Shown: positions 42,301-53,100 of the stretch, piece after piece
How positions within the stretch are numbered: position 1 is the stretch's first letter
Layout of the letters: each line of letters starts with the position of its first letter
Source: Monocercomonoides exilis PA203
Lineage: Eukaryota; Protista; Preaxostyla
NCBI GenBank assembly: GCA_001643675.2
Contig: LSRY02000037.1
Coordinates: 372,001 to 436,000 of the forward strand
DNA length: 64,000 nucleotides
Direction of reading: 5' to 3'
Position numbers and translations under genes: made by a program
The notes under the pieces: model-generated
The model's database searches: none
What the model was told of the DNA's origin: nothing
What the model saw: the letters and a program-made list of their open reading frames with translations, nothing else

Positions 42301-44446
42301 ATCTTTGTATCCAAATGGCATTCCGTTGAAACAGTAGTAATTTTCGTTGAATTCGAACGCAAGAAACGGCTTGAAGTTGTCGTCCACTTTCACTAAATAG
42401 TAGGCCTGGCTTAGGTCTAAAGTTGTTGCATAATCTCCTCTTGTTATAATTCGTTCTAGTGACCTGTAATCCTCCAGTTTGAAATGGATTGACTTCGTTG
42501 CATTGTTCAACGCTCTGCAATCGATAATTTGTCTCCATCCCCCTTGTTTTTTCTTTATCACAAACACTGGATTTAAATGTTTCACCTTTCTTTTCTGTAT
42601 TTTTTGTATTATGTTCGTTTCGAGCTGATTCTGGATCAGCTTTGCCATCGCTTTGGTTGCTTCCCCTGATTGATGGGGGCTGTATGTTTCCATTTTTGAG
42701 TTTAGTAATTTCTCCCTGGCTATCCTGTTTTTCCAAATTGGAATGACGCCTCTTTTTACCAACTTCTCTCCATCTATCATTCTCCACGCTTCTCGAAAAT
42801 ATTCCGTTCTTCCTCCAACAATTGAAGGTGACTGGCTTAGTTGGTTCCCGTTCCCCTGGATCGCGTTTGAGAAGGACTTCTGCGGTATGTATTTGAGGTT
42901 TTTCTCCCTGCCCACGACCGGGGACCCGAACGAAAAAACCGAGGGCGTTGGTAGCTTTCATGTTTTCCATATCTGCTTTTGCCAAAGGATTTGGAATTAA
43001 ATGAGAACGAAGTCCATCTTTTCGCTGTTGATTGTGAGGTTTTCCTGACCTCTTCCAATAAATCACTTTGCCTTTTCGTTAGGAGCGGTGATGCTGAATC
43101 CTCTTTCATTCTCGCTGCTTCGGTAAATCCAAATCTCGCTTGGATGCGAGCGTTTCTGGCTTCTTTCAAGGCTTGTGCAAGCAGTAAACATGCTTGCGCT
43201 ACGGCACTCTGAGCTTCATCATCTTTTGTTTTCGTATGGGCAAATAAAATAAGTTTCATTGCGGGGTAAAGAAACGTCTCACATCTTTCTCCTGCTTGAT
43301 CTAAGGCGTCTTTGTACGGACTGGTAGTCCTTACAAAAGGTGGAGGCGCATTAGGGAGGAAAGGGGATAAGTCTTCTGTCTTCAACGAAGCAACCAAGTC
43401 ATTTATCTCCTGTTCCGGTAATGGAAGATCATATAACGATAATTCCGGTGCTCTACCAAATATTTTAAGAAACGAATTTTCCAGTGTAATTTCTTCTTCT
43501 TTTTCTTCGCCAAGGGTGGTAGAAGGTGGGGAGAGTGAGGATGAAATAGAAGAAGGTTGGGAAGCGGAAAAGGGTCCGGGAAATGTCGGAAACCCGCTTG
43601 TTGGACCACCAGGCAGCGCAGCTGCGCTCGGTTCGGCCGCAAGTCCTGTTCCCAGAGGATTGTTAGGGATCATCATTTTTAGATCAGTGATCGTGACTGA
43701 CCCTTAAGTGATGATCTCTCGTAAATAGAAGAGAAGGAAGTGAGAGAATGTTTTCTTTTAAATCAAAGTGCTTGCGCTTTGATTGCTTCGACGAGCTGAA
43801 AGTGGCGCTTCAATCGCTGGATGGCCTGAGTCCGCACATTGTGCTGTTCTCAGAGCACATGGTGATCTGCATTGCGATGCACTCAGACTGCTCAACAGAC
43901 TCGGATTCATCGTCCATCTCATCATCAACGACTGTTGTGACATCTGCAAGTGGTGATGATGATGAGGATGATTCCCTTCCTTCATCAGCATTTGAGGATG
44001 AAGATAGTTTCAAAAAAGAGTGCCTTCGGTGGAAGGCGCCGGAGCTGGTGAGTGGAGCGAAGAAGCATGCGACGAAGAAGACTGTGGTGTTTTCGATTGG
44101 GATGATGGTGTGGGAGTGTGTGACGCTGAAGATGCCGTTTGGGGAGTATGACGGGTCGGGGGCAGGGGAGCTGATTGTTGAAGGGGCGAGGCCGAGCATG
44201 GAGATGATGGAGGGGTCGAGGCTGTCGGGGTGTGTGAAGGAGTGTGTGCTGCAGAAGGGCAGGGAGCGGCCAGAGCTGGGGAGGCTGAAGCGAGAGTTTT
44301 TTGGGTATTTCCCATCGGGAGCAACGATGGTGACAGCGACAGACGCGATTGGGCTGTATGAGGGGAGCGGTGTGTTCTATGGAAGTGGGGGTATTTGCAA
44401 CAGCGACAGCGACAGCGGCAGCACATGCACAGAAATGGCAGGATGA
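27369..44446 (+). CDS. Giant single-pass receptor-like protein A (signal peptide, 8 Cys-capped beta-helix-like modules, TM, kinase C-lobe-like tail); disrupted by a 1-nt frameshift near 28330 and by a DIRS insertion at 39085-43785
   Basis: Hydrophobic N-terminus MWHPYAFRCSILFCVFFSFF; recurrent GGAI/GGGI and F-x-x-N-x-A motifs; 8 CG-x4-(P/E/A)C motifs; TM FSWAVIIAMIFIVLFLIVLIVAVAFIV followed by RWKKQKRR. After the insertion: RWKAPEL, VFSIGMMVWE, PF and RP kinase subdomain VIII-XI motifs. No introns. Confidence 0.8.
39101..39153. repeat. DIRS ITR core (3' end of element), identical inverted copy at 43693-43745
   Basis: TCTCACTTCCTTCTCTTCTATTTACGAGAGATCATCACTTAAGGGTCAGTCAC, 53/53 match, with looser similarity on both sides. 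Confidence 0.95.
39340..39445. repeat. DIRS internal complementary region (ICR) containing the circle junction
   Basis: 39340-39378 is the reverse complement of 39081-39119; 39375-39445 is the reverse complement of 43715-43785; the two halves overlap at CAAT (39375-39378). Confidence 0.95.
39496..43066 (-). CDS. DIRS tyrosine recombinase frame (long N-terminal part overlapping RT, core YR ~40900-39990, acidic tail), split by three 1-nt homopolymer shifts
   Basis: SLSPSTWHGY (N-terminal binding domain), LFSACRFTEL, LKT, ICPASAV, LFIN, YSIKH and IINYY. Removing 1 T at 41259-63 and at 40549-54, and adding 1 T at 39991-94, joins the 607-aa ORF, the tail of the 789-aa ORF, and the 158-aa and 156-aa ORFs. 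Confidence 0.8.
40926..42915 (-). CDS. DIRS reverse transcriptase - RNase H - methyltransferase polyprotein (frameshift at 41259-41263)
   Basis: KKKQGGWRQIIDCR, TLDLSQAYY, MPFG, YLDD, TYLG and RNase H D-E-D-D motifs. Removing one base gives LDAFATKQNKKVSRWCG...LAHPP...PDWKGQIW, the DIRS dam-like MT domain. Confidence 0.92.
42837..43676 (-). CDS. DIRS gag-like ORF1
   Basis: 279-aa ORF at the 5' end of the element, with a Pro/Ser-rich N-terminus, helical middle and basic C-terminus. Assigned by position. Confidence 0.7.
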   Translation of the reverse strand: MMIPNNPLGTGLAAEPSAAALPGGPTSGFPTFPGPFSASQPSSISSSLSPPSTTLGEEKEEEITLENSFLKIFGRAPELSLYDLPLPEQEINDLVASLKTEDLSPFLPNAPPPFVRTTSPYKDALDQAGERCETFLYPAMKLILFAHTKTKDDEAQSAVAQACLLLAQALKEARNARIQARFGFTEAARMKEDSASPLLTKRQSDLLEEVRKTSQSTAKRWTSFSFNSKSFGKSRYGKHESYQRPRFFRSGPRSWAGRKTSNTYRRSPSQTRSRGTGTN

Positions 44447-45142
44447 TAAGTGTTGGGGCTTCTGAAAGACGGTGATGAAAAGCAGAGGAAGGAGAAATGA
44501 AGATGAGAGTATTCTTTGATTCGTGTTTGGCGAATGAGTGGTGATGGAGGGTGAAGGATTTGAAGGGATGGGATGGATGATTATTTGGGAGGCAGGAGAA
44601 TGGAGCACTGGCGGAATATTGGATGAAAGGGGGGAGCCACAGGGGTGGGGAAAGTTTGTTGGGAGCGACTTCTGAGCAGCTGATGTGAAAGAGCGGTTGT
44701 TTCTTCCATTTTATTTTGTTTTCAATCTTTTTATTTTTTAATTTTTTAATATTTTTTTTTTGGAAATTACTCACCTCATGAACTTTTGGAGGCTATGCCC
44801 TATTTTCTGTTAGGTTTCAAATGATCTGTCAATTCTGATATTTTTTTGTATTCGGGATGTTTTCATGAACCAGCGATTCGGAAGTGAATAATGTTGGATG
44901 AAGAAAACTTTCAGGATCAAAGCATTGAGTGATTGCCGAAGAGCAAAGCTCTTTATTCTTGAGGACTTACACGCTTCTCAACAGCATTTCCATTTGTGGA
45001 GCAAAAAACACGAATTCATGGTTTCAGAAACATGTGATTTTTATAAAAACACAGGGCGCATATTTCATCTTGACCACAAAAATATATCTCTACCCTTATT
45101 TTTTTTTTGAAACTTTTTTCTGTTTTTTATTTATTTGCGAAA

Positions 45143-47534
45143 AGGCTTGAAACAATAAATAAATAAATATACTTCTTGACATTTATTGTTTTCAGCATTC
45201 TACTAAAAAAATTTATGAAAAATTTTTTGTTCAAAAAAATTCTCATTTTTTATTTGGATTCAGATCAATAACTTGCTGATTATTCAGCGAATATTTCACA
45301 CCGAACATTTTGAGTAATAGCATCATTGAACATCATTTTTTCTTTATTATTTGAACTTATTTTGAATTTTTCAAATTTATTTTTTGTTTTTCTCATTTCA
45401 GAGATATTAAAAAATTCAAATACGATTTTTCGAATGAATAAATATTAACGTTTTCAATTATAATATCTAAAGACAAATATTTTATTTAAATGTTATTTTA
45501 CACATGAATATTAATTCACCTAAATAGAATTTAATGGGAATCTGCTCACTGACATTGTTCAACGCTCGACACTTATTTTGTGTTATTGTTAACAAGACAT
45601 AAGAATCATTTCGAATTTCATTTCATTCCTATCATTTCATTAATTGTTCAATAAACAAAACAGTTTACAAACCATGAAATAATTTCTTTTTTTATCATCG
45701 AAAAAATGACAAAAAATAAAATAATGGCAGAAATAAAGGTTCGTAAAGTTTCCTGACAAAAAACAAAAAATGAAAAATATGAACATAAAAAGGTGAGAAA
45801 ATTAAAATATATTCATATTTATTGAATTCAGAATGCAACGATTACTGTTACTCAAAAAACAGCTGGAAATAAAAAGGATTCATTCAAAAGGATGAAGAAG
45901 AAATGCTATTGCAAGATTCCCTAAAACTTCAAGAGAATCTCATCATAACACATTTACACAAGAACACCAACTACACAAAGTATATTCAGGTGCAAGCCTG
46001 AGCGTCAAAAATTTCGAACAAGAAAAAACAGATTCATCTTCAAGATAGCACTGAAAGAAAATTTGAAACATAGAGCAAGAGATATGCCAAAGGAGACATT
46101 GATATATTGTTGATCAATAACTGCCAGGATCCTATTGCATAATGTCCCATCCAAGCACACTATTCGAAAAAAGAAACCATTTGAAACAAATTACACAAAA
46201 CAACAGAAAAAGGACTTTGCAGAGTGCCATTTGAGAGACGATGATAAATGGAATCATTCCTGTTTCGCTGATGAGAAAAAATTCAACCTTGATGAACCAG
46301 ATAGCAGAAGGATGACATGGATTCCTTTGAATGATGCTGTTTCCTTCGATCATCAGAGTCAGAAACCTCGACAAAAACTTACGGTATGGGGAGCAGTTGG
46401 TTTGGATTTTAAAATTGATTTATTAATATTTGAAAATACAAAAAAATTCAATTGATTATTTTAATGTTTTGAAGCACACTCTGAAACCGCAAGCTGATAC
46501 CAAGAGGCCCTTTTTCAGGAGATTCGTTCATGATGATGCACCAATTCATAAATCAAAGCAAGCGAAAAAATACTATGAAGACAATCGAATTCACACCGTT
46601 CCATGGCAAATGTGCTCTCCAGATCTCAATCCAATTGAAAATGTGTGGAAAATGTTGAGCGATAGAGTATTTGAAAATGATATCCCTAAAACAACAATTG
46701 CAGAACAAAAAGAAAGTCTGACAACAAATTGGAAAAGAATACCTCAATTCATGATTAATAATACAATTATGTCTATGTGCGATAGATTGTCCGCAGTCAT
46801 TGAAACTAAAGGGAGTTACACGAAATATTAAATTATTGTTCAAAGTTTTTTGTATCATTTTTTATAAACTTTTTTATGGATTCATTCTTTTTGGGACATT
46901 GCTTTAATTGAAATGGCACTATTTATCATTTTTCAATGTTCACAAAAGAAAAATGATACAATTTCAATCAAGCTTCGTTGTTAATTATCAAATAAACGTT
47001 TATTCAAAAAAAAAAACAAACGCAACACTCTTCAATAAAAAAAAGAAAACCAAAAAATAAAAAGATGGGAAAGTTTTCGTTGGCATTGGAAAATGTAAGA
47101 TCACATAAGTTATTTATTGTTAATCATGTTTCACAATAATTGCAAAATTAAAATATAAACAAGGAAGAGATAACTTTCATTTTCCGTTATCTTTAGGAAC
47201 ATTCAATGGAAATTAAAAATTCGAACGCAAACATATGTTCATTCGAAAAATCGTATTTGTTTTTTTGTTTAATTCTGAAATGAGAAAAACAAAAAATAAA
47301 TTTGAAAAAGTTAAAAATAAGTTCAAATAATAAAGAAAAAATGATGTTCAATGATGCTATTACTCAAAATGTTCGGTGTGAAATATTCACAGGGTAAACA
47401 GCTAGTCATTGATCTGTGCCCAAATAAAAAATGAGAATTTTTTTGAACAAAAAATTTTTCATAAATTTTTTTAGTAGAATGCTGAAAACAATAAATGTCA
47501 AGAAGTATATTTATTTATTTATTGTTTCAAGCCT
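45143..47534 (+). mobile_element. Tc1-like (DD34E) DNA transposon with ~295-bp imperfect TIRs, at the centre of the palindrome
   Basis: TIRs 45143-45438 / 47238-47534. The boundary is inferred from the homologous copy starting AGGCTT at 23099. Encloses a transposase remnant. Confidence 0.75.
45880..46831 (+). pseudogene. Tc1-like transposase remnant
   Basis: CFADEKKFNL, TVWGAV, FVHDDAPIHKS and SPDLNPIENVW with 34 residues between D2 and E; C-terminal GSYTKY. Frameshift in the A-run at ~46440 and stops in the N-terminal part. Confidence 0.88.
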
Positions 47535-50120
47535 TTTCGCAAATAAATAAAAAACAGAAAAAAGTTTCAAAAAAAAAATAAGGGTAGAGATATATTTTTG
47601 TGGTCAAGATGAAATATGCGCCCTGTGTTTTTATAAAAATCACATGTTTCTGAAACCATGAATTCGTGTTTTTTGCTCCACAAATGGAAATGCTGTTGAG
47701 AAGCGTGTAAGTCCTCAAGAATAAAGAGCTTTGCTCTTCGGCAATCACTCAATGCTTTGATCCTGAAAGTTTTCTTCATCCAACATTATTCACTTCCGAA
47801 TCGCTGGTTCATGAAAACATCCCGAATACAAAAAAATATCAGAATTGACAGATCATTTGAAACCTAACAGAAAATAGGGCATAGCCTCCAAAAGTTCATG
47901 AGGTGAGTAATTTCCAAAAAAAAAATATTAAAAAATTAAAAAATAAAAAGATTGAAAACAAAATAAAATGGAAGAAACAACCGCTCTTTCACATCAGCTG
48001 CTCAGAAGTCGCTCCCAACAAACTTTCCCCACCCCTGTGGCTCCCCCCTTTCATCCAATATTCCGCCAGTGCTCCATTCTCCTGCCTCCCAAATAATCAT
48101 CCATCCCATCCCTTCAAATCCTTCACCCTCCATCACCACTCATTCGCCAAACACGAATCAAAGAATACTCTCATCTTCATTTCTCCTTCCTCTGCTTTTC
48201 ATCACCGTCTTTCAGAAGCCCCAACACTTATCATCCTGCCATTTCTGTGCATGTGCTGCCGCTGTCGCTGTCGCTGTTGCAAATACCCCCACTTCCATAG
48301 AACACACCGCTCCCCTCATACAGCCCAATCGCGTCTGTCGCTGTCACCATCGTTGCTCCCGATGGGAAATACCCAAAAAACTCTCGCTTCAGCCTCCCCA
48401 GCTCTGGCCGCTCCCTGCCCTTCTGCAGCACACACTCCTTCACACACCCCGACAGCCTCGACCCCTCCATCATCTCCATGCTCGGCCTCGCCCCTTCAAC
48501 AATCAGCTCCCCTGCCCCCGACCCGTCATACTCCCCAAACGGCATCTTCAGCGTCACACACTCCCACACCATCATCCCAATCGAAAACACCACAGTCTTC
48601 TTCGTCGCATGCTTCTTCGCTCCACTCACCAGCTCCGGCGCCTTCCACCGAAGGCACTCTTTTTTGAAACTATCTTCATCCTCAAATGCTGATGAAGGAA
48701 GGGAATCATCCTCATCATCATCACCACTTGCAGATGTCACAACAGTCGTTGATGATGAGATGGACGATGAATCCGAGTCTGTTGAGCAGTCTGAGTGCAT
48801 CGCAATGCAGATCACCATGTGCTCTGAGAACAGCACAATGTGCGGACTCAGGCCATCCAGCGATTGAAGCGCCACTTTCAGCTCGTCGAAGCAATGAAGC
48901 ACCCCGTTCGCCACCCAGAACATGATCTGAGCTGCTGTCACCTCCCGCTCCTCCAGTGTGCCTATCGCCATCTCTTTCTTCTCGTTCCTTCCATGAAGCA
49001 ACATGAATAATGAATCCCTCAGATCCACAATCAGCTTCTCATGTGGAGATGAGCAGGCCATCGCATCCACCAGATTCGACATCGACGAGGTTGTTGGGCA
49101 CAGATCCTCGCCCCTTACAAATGTGGAGTCTGTATCTGTAGTTGAAGTGGATGAAATGGATGGTGAAGGAGTTCGCTTTCTTGTCTCTTCCTCATCCTCC
49201 TTCTCCAACATCCATTGAGGGATCTTGTCTGAATCTCTTCCCAAAATGTATTCAGTCGATCCACTCTCACTCAGTAAATGCTCCGATGACTCCGAGTGTC
49301 CCAAGCTTTTCTCATACACTCTTTTCTTGATCCTCTCATAGTTCTTTTTCTCTGCCTCTCTCTCAGCTCTCCTCCATTGCTCCTCAGGTGACATCTCCAT
49401 CGTCACCATCTCAAATGCCTTCGGATCCTTCTTCACTGTGTCTTCAACTATAATTTCCAATTCTTCTGTTCGTCTCTTTTGCTTTTTCCAACGAACAATA
49501 AATGCAACTGCAACAATAAGAACAATCAAAAACAGAACAATAAATATCATGGCAATAATAACAGCCCATGAGAATTTTCCTTCTTTTCCTCCTTCAACAA
49601 GTTTTTCATCTCCCCTTGTTTGGGGTTCACTTCTGTTCTTCAGAACGAACAGATTTGTTTCTGCATTCTTTTCTCCAAATATGATTGCTGCTGCCACTTC
49701 CGACTCGTCGGGTGAAGAAGTGATCATCGCAGACGAAATCGACGAGTGCACTTCTGTTTCTGATGCAAAATCACCCTCAGAAAACTCCCACTTCTCAATC
49801 AGTTTTGTGCTTCCCATTCTTGTCACTATCTCAAACCCCAGCTTGCACGGAATGAAAAGCGCCCCTCGGAAGCTCAGACGCATCACAGCCCCTTCCTCTG
49901 CCATGCTCACAGAATCCAGAACTGGAATAAATAGCACAGACTTCAGCCCTTCCAGCATCCCTTCCACCTCGCACCCCTTGTTCAGCATCCACAACGAGCT
50001 GTTTTCTTTCGCTCCATCTCCGCCCTTCAGGCTCACAACATTCACTGTCGCATCGTCGCTGCAAACAATGTTCCTTCGAATCGATGGATATTTCCCTATC
50101 ACTGGATTGTTGTTCATGAA
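47420..50120. repeat. Right arm (2701 bp) of the large inverted duplication; contains the empty DIRS site at 48892-48895
   Basis: Reverse complement of 37856-39084 plus 43786-45257; reads GCTTC-ATTG-CTTCG on the minus strand at the insertion point. Confidence 0.95.
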
Positions 50121-53100
50121 TTCTCCATTTTTAATTGTCACATTGCTTCGATCGAATTAAATCCCACCAAAAGATGAGTTGCAAACAATTGTGTCTTTCA
50201 AAACCACGTGGCATTCCCCAAAATCAACAAGAGATCTATTCTATGAGCATGCTTCATCTGAGTCTGCTCTTTCTTGCATTTCTTCACTGTCTGATGATAG
50301 TCTTCCTTCAATTGTGCAGAATTCCATTTCCACAGATGAGCATTCGACAAAGTCTGCAAGACTTCCTTTTTCCACTTGTGCATATTTTGATTTAAATAGG
50401 CAGTTTTTGAAAGATACCTTCAAAGAAAATCCTGATATTACTGAAGTTGAACTCTCACCTTTCCTTGAAATATTTCCAATCATTGTGTTTATCATCTCAA
50501 GTCTCCCTTCAAAATGATTCACAACACCCAAAGAATGCATTAAATCTGTAATATTACAAGATGAAAAGGTTGCCTGACTCTCTTTGAACTTAAACACTGA
50601 TTCTTGAAAGAAAAAGTTGCTGATCACGCATTTGTCAAAAGTGCAATCACTTGCCATAGAATATACAAGATGAAAAGAGAGATTGTTCGCTTTATTCCAT
50701 GGATTCAATGAAGAAAAGGTACAGCCATTTGCTTCTAAACTCCCGCTTTTCACGGAAACAAATGATGCATGCAACGAAAGCAACTCAGCAGGAAACTTGA
50801 AGCTCAGCATCGCCATGGTCACGCAATTCAGAATCTCTATGATGGCATCACTCGCTTGTTCCATATCTGACACAACTTCAATGTTTGCGTTGCTTTGCAT
50901 TCGAGACAAGAACGTCATGTTATCTAATACAATCGCTTCCTCAATCACCGATTTCTCATCAACCAGCAGCATACTCATCACTTCGTTTGTCAAATGACGC
51001 AGTCCATACCCAACGCTTGCACATGGCATCACCACAGTTCCGCATTGCCTTTCATTCTTTCCTTCTTTCCCTTCAGATGATGAAACAATTATCATATCAC
51101 TTTCATATATTATGATGAAGTCCATCAGATTTGTGTCCATCACATGTTCAGTCGTGTCCGATCCGTATATCGCGTTTGTTGACAAATATGCACATTCCTT
51201 CAGCGAGAATCTGAATTGAGTGTCATTTATCTGTCTTGAGATGTTATGGCACTGCACATATATGTCGTTTCCAACCCCAGCTGTGTTTCCAATAAACTTC
51301 ATCCTCCTGAACACAAAGTTCAACTCTCCTGTATAATCTGTGCTCACATGCACCCCGCCTCCTCTCCCGCTCATCGAACAGCTGCATCTCATCATCGTTG
51401 AGTCGCTCACACTCAATCTTCCACCTGAGTTGATGCAAAAATGCATAACTCCCCCGCATGCACTTTCTCCAGACTTGTCATCCACAAAGCTGCATCCATT
51501 CACTTCAACATCGATTTCGTTCTCTTTATCTGTGTGAATTATGCATGCCCCATTGTCTCTCCGCTCCAATGTGTCAAAAGTCGATCCATTCACACAAATC
51601 ATCCCGCTTTCGTTTGAGTTTCCCGCTTTCGTCTTCATCTCAAACACACATCCCCCAGAAATACTTATCTGTGCGAATTCAAGCTCATTACAGCGGCAAA
51701 TGCTTCCCGAATAAATAATGAAAACACTCGCTCCTATTGAAGATAATTCCATTGATAGATCATTCGCTTCCAGCACTCCTTTTCTCATCTTGATAAAACT
51801 GCATTCTGCTCCTTTCCCTTCAAAACAACATTTCTCAAGCTGAAGTACACCTTTCTTATTCACAATCACTCTCTCTACCGAGCTTTCGTACTGCAAATCA
51901 ACTGAAAGAATAATCAATTCCATCGTCAGATTTTCTTTGTTAATGATATATCTCCCGTTTGATCCATACAACTTTTTCAAAAACTTCAACTTTGATTTCG
52001 TCTCTTCTTTTCTTTCGACGCTTGATGAAACAACCCTGAACAATGACAGCTCATATTCATTTGCAACAGCTGTTTCACCTTCAACAATAACCATTTTCTC
52101 TCTCGCATTCCAATCAATATGGCTCATTCCCATCCAAAATGTGAAGCATGGCTCATTTTCATTCCCGCAATGCAGTAAGTCAAATCCTCCTGAAGACACA
52201 AATATCTCGCTATTCCAATAAGGCATCAAAAATCGAAGCAAATCAACATCACCAATCGTCAAGTCGCTTCCCACAAATGCTTGGCTATCGTTCTGTGATT
52301 TTGTGAAATCAAATGCAAATGAATCAGTTGTGATTGTTTTGTTCAAATCAGATGACAGCACATAGATGTTCTTCCCCGTCCATGCATCATTCTTTTCAAA
52401 CTCAACGTTCCTTAGCTTCAATAAGTCTGATATAATTGTTTCTCTACAGTCAACACACATTCCTCCTCCTCTTCCGTTTCCTTTCGAGCATCTGCAATGC
52501 TTCAATTCCCCTCCATTGACATCTAACTGGCCAGAAGTTCCAAGTGTCACTTTCATCGCACCGCCTGAAGCACTTTCTTGTGCTTCCACATCAACAAAGG
52601 AATTGTTTTTCACATGAACCATTGATTCAAATTCCAACGGCACTTACAAAAATGAAAGCGTCTCAAAAACACAGCTTTCCAATTCCACAAAGCCTCCTGC
52701 CGTTGAAATAAGAGAGCATCGAACTGATCGATCCACAGAGGAAATAACACGGAGATTGAAGGAACAATTTGTGAGAATAAGAGTCGACGAAGAAGACAGA
52801 TCTGAAATCGATATAATCAGACTTTTCAAAGAAGGAGGCAAAGCGATGGGAATTGAAAATATAACATGCACAAATTGAACATCAATTGATGTGAAAAACA
52901 CATAATCAGCATCGTGTGCGTTTAACTGTGGATCAATCCGAAGGGTGCAATTAGAATCTGTTGCGAAAGAACTTATTTTCAGATTTGTCATCACAAAAGC
53001 ATCTTGGACATTTGCCATTTGCTCAATCTGTAAATTTCTCATACCAAGAGTTGAATCTTCAAGATGTCCAAATCCACTCCAAAATGTTTGACACGGCATT

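Larger units (their letters stand above)
39085..43785 (-). mobile_element. Full-length DIRS1-like tyrosine-recombinase retrotransposon (4701 bp)
   Basis: gag-like ORF, RT (MPFG, YLDD), RNase H (TDAS, SSNYRE, SDN, HIPG..N..ADSLSR), MT and YR domains; inverted terminal repeats; internal complementary region; absent from the paralogous arm at 48892-48895. Confidence 0.96.
37856..45257. repeat. Left arm of a large inverted duplication (37856-39084 plus 43786-45257), partner 47420-50120
   Basis: ORF-track translations are identical on both arms (e.g. 254, 207, 129, 73 and 70 aa pairs). Coordinates sum to 87976 before and 92677 after the 4701-bp insertion. One mismatch seen at 37874/50102. Confidence 0.95.

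Noticed and set aside
40546-42915. 789-aa ORF as a genuine RT-RNaseH-recombinase fusion
   Set aside because: A single extra base at 41259-63 explains it; correcting that restores the standard RT-RH-MT and separate YR frames simultaneously.
39081-43785. ATTG as a 4-bp integrase-type target-site duplication of an LTR element
   Set aside because: No DDE integrase or direct LTRs. The ATTG is also encoded in the element's own ICR junction, as expected for YR-mediated crossover.
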